The notes under the pieces: model-generated
Told to the model about the DNA's origin: nothing
Databases searched by the model: none
What the model saw: only the letters and a program-made list of their open reading frames with translations
Shown here: one piece after another, positions 58,185 through 64,000 of the stretch
Layout of the letters: every line of letters starts with the position of its first letter
How positions within the stretch are numbered: position 1 is the stretch's first letter
Position numbers and translations under genes: made by a program
Assembly (NCBI GenBank): GCA_963826785.1
Contig: CAWGYD010000002.1
Span: 1 to 64,000, forward strand
Reading direction: 5' to 3'
Source: an uncultured delta proteobacterium
GTDB taxonomy: Bacteria; Desulfobacterota; Desulfobacteria; Desulfobacterales; Desulfosalsimonadaceae
Length of the DNA: 64,000 nucleotides

Positions 58185-59663
58185 ATGAACAAATCAAAAC
58201 CCATATTTTTATTCTGTGCTTTATGTTGCGTTTTCACTGTTGCGCTTTCAGCAGGCTGCGCTACGAATGGCGACCCTATTACTGCGGCAGGTCAAGCCGA
58301 TAAAAAAGCAGGCGTCGCTACGCCTGGCATCGCCGAGACCAAGGCTATCGCCGAGGAGGCGTTCATCTACGGCCTGCCGATCGTGATGAACTATGCAGTG
58401 ATGCAGGAGTTCTCGGTTGACAAAAACTCGGGGCAGTTCAAGGCGCCGTTCAACACCATGTGGAACGATGCCGCTACGCTCACTTACAAAGACACTGCCG
58501 TCGTCACACCCAATGCCGACACGCCGTACTCAATGGTCTGGCTTGACCTGCGGGCGGAGCCAATGGTGATTTCGGTGCCGGCAGTGCCAAAAGAGCGCTA
58601 CTACTCTGTCATGCTATGCGATGGCAATGCCTACAACTATGGCTATATCGGCACCCGTTCGACGGGTCCGGATGCCGGTCACTATCTCGTAGTTGGCCCT
58701 GACTGGAAAGGTGAGAAGCCCGCGGGTATCAGGGAGGTATTTACATCAACGACGCCCTTCGCGCTGACTATTTTCCGCACCCAGTTGTTCAACGCCGACG
58801 ACATGCCGAACGTGGTTAATATCCAGGCCGGTTATAAAGTCGAGCCGCTCTCTGCCTTCCTCAATCAGCCCGCGTCCGCCGCAGCACCGAAGATCGACTT
58901 TCTGCCGGCCACGACGGCGGGGATCAAGGCGAATTTCTATGCGTATCTCGACGCCGCTCTCGAGTTCGTGCCCGTCACCCCAGAGACCAAGGAGCTTCGC
59001 GGCCGGCTTGCCAGTATCGGCATCGGCCCGGGCAAGATGTTCGACTTCAAAGATCTCTCGCTGGAACACAAAGCCGCTGTCCTGTTAGCGATGAAGGAAG
59101 GCGACGACAAGGTGAAGAAGTATCTCGCCACCGGACAGAAGAATATCAACGGATGGGGTGTCGGTTCGCTGTTTGGCGACAGCGCGTTCTATAACGGCGA
59201 TTGGCTGAAGCGTGCGGCCGCCGCCATGGGAGGGATCTACGGCAATGACGCGAGCGAGGCCATGTATCCGATGGCCCGTACGGACGCCACGGGCGAAACG
59301 CTTGATGGCAGCAAGCACAATTACACACTCACCTTCCCGGCAGGACAGCTTCCTCCGGTGAATTCCTTTTGGTCGGTCACCATGTATGACGGTAAGAGCC
59401 AGCTGCTGATCAAGAACCCGATCAACCGCTACCTCATCAATTCACCGATGATGCCGGACATGAAGAAAAACGATGACGGATCGCTGACCATCTATATTCA
59501 GAAGGATTCGCCCGGTGCCGACAAGGAAGCAAACTGGTTGCCCGCGCCGGACGGTCCGATCTACCTCGTCATGCGCCTCTATTGGCCGAAGACGGAAGCA
59601 CCTTCCATCCTTCCAGCCGGCTCAGGCAGCTGGAATCCACCGGGCGTCGTGCCGGCGAAGTGA
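58185..59663 (+). CDS. DUF1254/DUF1214 lipoprotein, copy 4
   Basis: Lipobox SAGC; AFIYGLP; TPNADTPYS; FWSVTMY; NWLPAP; MRLYWP. Confidence 0.9.
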   Translation: MNKSKPIFLFCALCCVFTVALSAGCATNGDPITAAGQADKKAGVATPGIAETKAIAEEAFIYGLPIVMNYAVMQEFSVDKNSGQFKAPFNTMWNDAATLTYKDTAVVTPNADTPYSMVWLDLRAEPMVISVPAVPKERYYSVMLCDGNAYNYGYIGTRSTGPDAGHYLVVGPDWKGEKPAGIREVFTSTTPFALTIFRTQLFNADDMPNVVNIQAGYKVEPLSAFLNQPASAAAPKIDFLPATTAGIKANFYAYLDAALEFVPVTPETKELRGRLASIGIGPGKMFDFKDLSLEHKAAVLLAMKEGDDKVKKYLATGQKNINGWGVGSLFGDSAFYNGDWLKRAAAAMGGIYGNDASEAMYPMARTDATGETLDGSKHNYTLTFPAGQLPPVNSFWSVTMYDGKSQLLIKNPINRYLINSPMMPDMKKNDDGSLTIYIQKDSPGADKEANWLPAPDGPIYLVMRLYWPKTEAPSILPAGSGSWNPPGVVPAK

Positions 59664-59677
59664 GCCATAAAAGAACC

Positions 59678-59716
59678 GGTTGTAGCGGATGGCGCGGATG
59701 AGCCGCCGCTGCAACC
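59678..59716. repeat. Stem-loop resembling a degenerate integron attC core
   Basis: GGTTGTAGCGG-ATGGCGCGGATGAGCCG-CCGCTGCAACC. Confidence 0.4.
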
Positions 59717-59751
59717 TTGTTTATTCCTAAAGTAAATTTCGAGGAAATTTT

Positions 59752-60558
59752 ATGAAATCGATGATTTTATCATTCTGGGTGTTATTTATTGTTGCCGTTC
59801 CGTTGTGTCACACAGCAATTGCTAAAAATGAAGAAGATCTGGCTAAAAAACTGGCCAACCCCATATCATCGCTCGTGAGCGTGCCGTTTCAGCTCAACTA
59901 TGATGAGAATATCGGTCCCAATGAGGACGGGAAAGTTTACAAACTCAACATTCAGCCGGTTATACCCGTTTCCTTGAATGAAGACTGGAACCTGATATCG
60001 CGAACCATCTTGCCGGTAGTATGGCAAAAAGACATCGCACCCGGTGTAAGTGATGAATCCGGTTTGAGTGATACGGTGCAGAGCCTGTTTTTTTCACCGA
60101 AATCACCGACGAGAAGCGGATTGATCTGGGGCGTTGGGCCTGTTTTTTTGATTCCGACAGCCACCGATGAAGTCCTGGGCAGTCGAAAATGGGGGGCCGG
60201 TCCGACGGCGGTGGCGTTGATGCAAGAAGGCCCCTGGACCATCGGATTTTTAGGTAATCATATCTGGTCTTTTACGGGCGATGACGACCGGGCGAATGTC
60301 AGTAAGACGTTCGTCCAGCCCTTTCTTGCTTATGTCACAAAGACCAAAACCACAATAGGGATAAATACGGAGTCCACTTACGACTGGGAAGCGGATCAGT
60401 GGTCTGTGCCGGTGATCGCATCGGTGTCTCAAATGCTGAAAATCGGTCCGCAAATCTTTCAAATTCAGCTGGGTGCGCGTTACTGGGCCGAATCACCCGA
60501 CAACGGACCGGATGGATGGGGCGCTCGTTTTGCATTAACCTTTCTCTTTCCCAAATGA
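59752..60558 (+). CDS. Putative outer-membrane beta-barrel channel
   Basis: Signal peptide; LAKKLANP; IQPVIP; GVGPVFLIPTAT; amphipathic C-terminal strand RFALTFLFPK. Confidence 0.8.
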   Translation: MKSMILSFWVLFIVAVPLCHTAIAKNEEDLAKKLANPISSLVSVPFQLNYDENIGPNEDGKVYKLNIQPVIPVSLNEDWNLISRTILPVVWQKDIAPGVSDESGLSDTVQSLFFSPKSPTRSGLIWGVGPVFLIPTATDEVLGSRKWGAGPTAVALMQEGPWTIGFLGNHIWSFTGDDDRANVSKTFVQPFLAYVTKTKTTIGINTESTYDWEADQWSVPVIASVSQMLKIGPQIFQIQLGARYWAESPDNGPDGWGARFALTFLFPK

Positions 60559-60562
60559 GTTT

Positions 60563-61462
60563 GTGTCAAATTTCAGATGTATTCATTTAGTACCATTTTT
60601 CTTTAGACGGAGATTGAGTGAAATGAAAAACAAACGGATGCATCACACAATTAAAACAAGAAATAAAGTTACCTTTTTTCATAGGATGATGAGCAAAATT
60701 GTTTTTTTTATGGCAATTTCCTTGATGCTCGCGGCGTCACTTCCCGGCGCTGCGGCATCAGAAGAGACCGTTCAGCCGGAGGGGTGGCAATTCGGCGCAG
60801 ATGTTTATTTCTGGATCAGCGAGATTGGCGGCGATACTGCTGAAGGGGATTCGATTGATGTTCCCTTTGACACCATCGTGGATAACCTTGACTTTGCCTA
60901 TATGGGCGCCTTCCACGCCCGCAACGGCAGGTGGCATCTTAGCACCGATGTTATCTACATGAACCTGGAGGATGACAACAGCAGCCGGGTGACGCTGCCC
61001 GGCGAAAACGAAATCAGGGCGGATGCCACTTTTAAGATGGAATCCTGGATCGTAACCCCGGTGGTCGGCTTCGGTGTGATCGATACGGAAAGGATCAGGC
61101 TGGAGGTGCTCGCCGGTGCGCGATATCTCTATCTTAAGCCGGAGCTGAAGTTCGATATCACCGGCCCGCTGGATTCTCGGGGCCGCAGGGTCTCTGATTC
61201 GGATAGTTTCTGGGACGGCATTATCGGCATAAGGGGCGATGTGAACCTGGCCCGAAGCTGGTATGTTCCGTTTTACGCGGATATCGGTACCGGTGACAGT
61301 GATTATACGTGGCAGATCATGGCTGGTGTTGGCTACAGGATAAACAAGGCATTGGATGTGGTCGGGGCCTATCGCTATCTGGAGTGGAAGTTTGATGATA
61401 ACAAAGTGCTCGATAATCTGGACATCAGCGGTCCCTTGCTGGGGCTGAGGTTCCGGTTCTAG
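60563..61462 (+). CDS. Putative outer-membrane beta-barrel protein (start probably at 60623 or 60686)
   Basis: Signal peptide; alternating beta pattern; C-terminal GPLLGLRFRF. Confidence 0.8.
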   Translation: MSNFRCIHLVPFFFRRRLSEMKNKRMHHTIKTRNKVTFFHRMMSKIVFFMAISLMLAASLPGAAASEETVQPEGWQFGADVYFWISEIGGDTAEGDSIDVPFDTIVDNLDFAYMGAFHARNGRWHLSTDVIYMNLEDDNSSRVTLPGENEIRADATFKMESWIVTPVVGFGVIDTERIRLEVLAGARYLYLKPELKFDITGPLDSRGRRVSDSDSFWDGIIGIRGDVNLARSWYVPFYADIGTGDSDYTWQIMAGVGYRINKALDVVGAYRYLEWKFDDNKVLDNLDISGPLLGLRFRF

Positions 61463-61472
61463 GGCGGACGGA

Positions 61473-62420
61473 ATGATTCTGTTAAGATCATGCTTTAAAA
61501 GAATGTTCTACAAACAGTCAATAATAGCTCTCCTTGTGATTGTGTTCCCGTTGGCTGCGATGCCGGCATATGCCGGTGAAATCGAACCAAGGGCCTATGT
61601 CAACACACCGGTCGGGATCAATTTTCTGCTTGCGGGTTATCTCTATTCTGACGGTGGCTTGTCCACAACCGGTTCATCGCCGCTCAAAGACGCCCGGCTT
61701 ACGATAAATACCGGTGTTTTGGCGTATGCCCGGGCACTGGATGTGTGGGGCAAATCAGGGAAGATGGATATCATCATGCCATACTCCGGACTTTCCGGGA
61801 GTGCCATGGTTGCCGGCCAACTTAGAGAGCGTAACGTTTCCGGGCTCAATGACCCGCTTTTTCGATTTACGGTCAATTTCTATGGCGCTCCGGCGGTATC
61901 TCTTCAAAAATTCGCGGACTACCAGCAGGATCTGATCATCGGGGCAAGCGTTCAGGTTTCTGCACCCTTAGGACAATATGATCCGGATAAACTGGTAAAC
62001 CTTGGCAATAACCGATGGTTTGTAAAACCTGACATCGGTATTTCCAAGGCGTGGGGACCGCTCGCGCTGGAGCTTTCCGCCGGTGTATTTTTTTTCAGCA
62101 ATAATGATGATTTTTTCGGCGGGCAGAAGCTTGAGCAGAATCCTTTATACACTACACAGGCACACCTCACGTACAATTTCGGGAAGGGGGTTTGGACGGC
62201 TTTGAGCGTAACCAATGATTACGGCGGCCGCACAACAGTAGACGATGTCCGTAAAGATGACCGGGAGGATAATTCACGTTTGGGCGGCACATTTGCGTTG
62301 CCAATAAACCGGAACACCTCGGTCAAGTTTTTCGCCAGCACCGGCGTCCATACCAGAGTCGGTACGGATTTCGATCTGGCCGGGATTGTCTGGCAATATC
62401 GGTGGGGCAAGGGGTTGTAA
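61473..62420 (+). CDS. Outer-membrane channel of the phenol MetA-pathway/COG4313 type
   Basis: EPRAY.NTPVG.NF; APLGQYDPDKLVNLGNNRW; C-terminal WQYRWG. Confidence 0.8.
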   Translation: MILLRSCFKRMFYKQSIIALLVIVFPLAAMPAYAGEIEPRAYVNTPVGINFLLAGYLYSDGGLSTTGSSPLKDARLTINTGVLAYARALDVWGKSGKMDIIMPYSGLSGSAMVAGQLRERNVSGLNDPLFRFTVNFYGAPAVSLQKFADYQQDLIIGASVQVSAPLGQYDPDKLVNLGNNRWFVKPDIGISKAWGPLALELSAGVFFFSNNDDFFGGQKLEQNPLYTTQAHLTYNFGKGVWTALSVTNDYGGRTTVDDVRKDDREDNSRLGGTFALPINRNTSVKFFASTGVHTRVGTDFDLAGIVWQYRWGKGL

Positions 62421-62452
62421 AAAAATTCATCGGCCAATAAAAAAGGAATATT

Positions 62453-62965
62453 TTGGTGAATAAAGCATCTGATTTCATAAGAAAAGAATTTTGGGAGATG
62501 CTCCCCCCAACCCTGTTTTTTCTTGTTGTGTTCTGCCTGATTGTGTTCACCCATGACCTAATGTATGCACAGAGCGATGTAGATATGCTTTCCTATGCCG
62601 CGGCTCTAATTGGCGCACTGGTAATTGGCAAGTCTGTGCTCGTCGCGGATGCCCTGCCGGTGTGGAACATCTTTGATAGACAACCCAAATTGGCACTTAT
62701 AATCGGGCGAACCTTTACTTATGCGATAGTTGCTTTGCTTTTCCAGTTCTTAGAGGAATTCATTCCCCTTGCAAGAGGAGGAGGGTCCATTGCTGCCGGG
62801 CTAAATGAGCTGCCTGAAAAAATACACTGGCCGAGATTCTGGGGTGTTCATATGCAGCTTATTGTTTTCCTACTTTTATATAACATTATTGCCGTACTAT
62901 CAGAGGAAATCGGTCGGGAGCGTCTTATGCGGTTGTTGTTGGGTAAGGCCGGGCGTGTAACCTGA
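62453..62965 (+). CDS. Four-TM inner-membrane hypothetical protein
   Basis: Four hydrophobic segments; GALVIGKSVLVAD motif. Confidence 0.8.
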   Translation: MVNKASDFIRKEFWEMLPPTLFFLVVFCLIVFTHDLMYAQSDVDMLSYAAALIGALVIGKSVLVADALPVWNIFDRQPKLALIIGRTFTYAIVALLFQFLEEFIPLARGGGSIAAGLNELPEKIHWPRFWGVHMQLIVFLLLYNIIAVLSEEIGRERLMRLLLGKAGRVT

Positions 62966-63129
62966 AACGATTTCTCAGAAACTTGAGCGAAATTGATAAC
63001 CAGGAAAAATATTTTTCACCGTTAAATGCCCCATCTATTAACGCGAAAATTTTGACCCAGGAAATTGGGGATATTGTTAGAGACGCCGGAGAACGGTAGC
63101 TCATTGTTCTTATAAAAAGGTAAAAGCCA

Positions 63130-63735
63130 ATGCAAGATGAACTACTCATCGCCTGCCATGACTGTGATTTGCTGCATCTTATCGGATCAGTCCCGGAAGG
63201 AGACTCTGCTATATGCCGCCGGTGCGGCGCTGTTTTGTTCAGTCATAAAATTGACAGCCTGAACAGGAGCCTGGCAATGACCTTTGCGGCGTTGGTCTTT
63301 TTTATTATTTCAAATGCCTATCCGTTTCTTGAAATAAAAGCCGAAGGCATTTTCCGGTCAACCACTTTGATGGGCGGCGTTAATGCGCTTTTTTCTCAGG
63401 GGCTTTGGGAGGTCGGTGTTCTTGTGCTGCTCACTGCGATACTGTTCCCTTTTTTAGATATTTTAGCACGGCTTTACGTTCTGGTGCCCTTAAAACTGAA
63501 TAAAAGCCCATGGAGGTTAAAATTCCTATTAAAATTTACCCGGACAATAAAACCATGGGTAATGATGGAGGTATTCTTGCTTGGCATTCTGGTTTCCATG
63601 ATCAAACTGGCCAAGATGGTCACCGTGATAACAGGCCCGTCTTTGTATTCTTTTCTGGCATTGATTTTTGTGCTGGCGGCAGCCTCCGCATTTACAGATG
63701 TTCATGCCCTCTGGGAAAAAGCAGGTGATCAATAA
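63130..63735 (+). CDS. pqiA: Paraquat-inducible protein A family (first half-type)
   Basis: ACHDCDLL..C.RCGA.L; PW.MMEVFLLGILVS.IKL. Confidence 0.92.
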   Translation: MQDELLIACHDCDLLHLIGSVPEGDSAICRRCGAVLFSHKIDSLNRSLAMTFAALVFFIISNAYPFLEIKAEGIFRSTTLMGGVNALFSQGLWEVGVLVLLTAILFPFLDILARLYVLVPLKLNKSPWRLKFLLKFTRTIKPWVMMEVFLLGILVSMIKLAKMVTVITGPSLYSFLALIFVLAAASAFTDVHALWEKAGDQ

Positions 63736-64000
63736 TGGCATCTGAATTCCTGACTGCTAAGCAGGCGTCAATGATCAGCTGTCAAAGCTGCCATCTGGTG
63801 AGCCAAATTCCTGAAATGGCAAAGGGCGCTGAACTATCGTGCCCCCGATGCAGCACCCGGATGCACCAGAGAAAGCCCAACAGCCTTTCCCGGTCGTGGG
63901 CGTTGGTTATTGCCGCTATTGTTTTTTATATTCCGGCCAATGTGCTGCCAATATCGGTTACCACAGCGCTGGGCAGTGCAGAGGGGGATACAATTTTGAG
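63735..64000 (+). CDS. pqiA: Second PqiA family protein (partial, runs off the window)
   Basis: TAATG overlap; CQSCHL..CPRC...HQRKPNSLSRSWAL...YIPANVLPI...DTIL. Confidence 0.9.
   Translation, partial: MASEFLTAKQASMISCQSCHLVSQIPEMAKGAELSCPRCSTRMHQRKPNSLSRSWALVIAAIVFYIPANVLPISVTTALGSAEGDTIL

Larger units (their letters stand above)
46703..64000. mobile_element. Accessory/genomic island beginning at the selC 3' end (right boundary outside the window)
   Basis: Abrupt switch from core genes to AbiEi, ICE-like pseudogenes and an accessory operon with AT-rich spacers. No integrase is visible. Confidence 0.6.

Noticed and set aside
1..64000. CRISPR array, rRNA, intact transposase or integrase
   Set aside because: No regularly spaced repeats, rRNA-like sequence or recombinase motifs seen.

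Overview
Bacterial chromosomal window, most likely from a sulfate-reducing Desulfobacterota (Desulfobacterales-like) genome. This is inferred from the rpsF-rpsR-DUF2232-rplI-dnaB gene order, plant-type DapB, tRNA-Sec and many sigma54/two-component genes. (1) Positions ~17-7595 form one giant palindrome centred at ~3803. It folds back inside a kptA-like gene and duplicates tRNA-Lys and a sensor kinase. The left arm is riddled with indels towards the window start, so it is most likely a fold-back/chimera artefact. (2) 4.5-19.1 kb is a dense signalling cluster after tRNA-Lys: three sensor kinases, an NtrC-type activator, a cNMP-PilZ protein and a REC-HD-GYP protein. (3) 19.2-46.6 kb is core genome: ribosomal proteins, dnaB, hflX, suhB, a divergent dnaA, namZ, rnhA, a MamI-like small membrane protein, plsB, a MurU-AmgK fusion, dapB, alaS, recA, thpR, larC and an M20 peptidase. 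(4) From selC (46605-46702) to the end lies an accessory island: an orphan, apparently leaderless AbiEi antitoxin, decayed ICE-like fragments, and a GAF-PAS sigma54 activator with two matching palindromic enhancer candidates and a -24/-12 promoter. That promoter heads a >12 kb operon with four DUF1254/DUF1214 paralogs, three outer-membrane channels and pqiA genes. This operon is the best candidate for an uncharacterised system. All family assignments come from motif recognition by eye; no searches were run.
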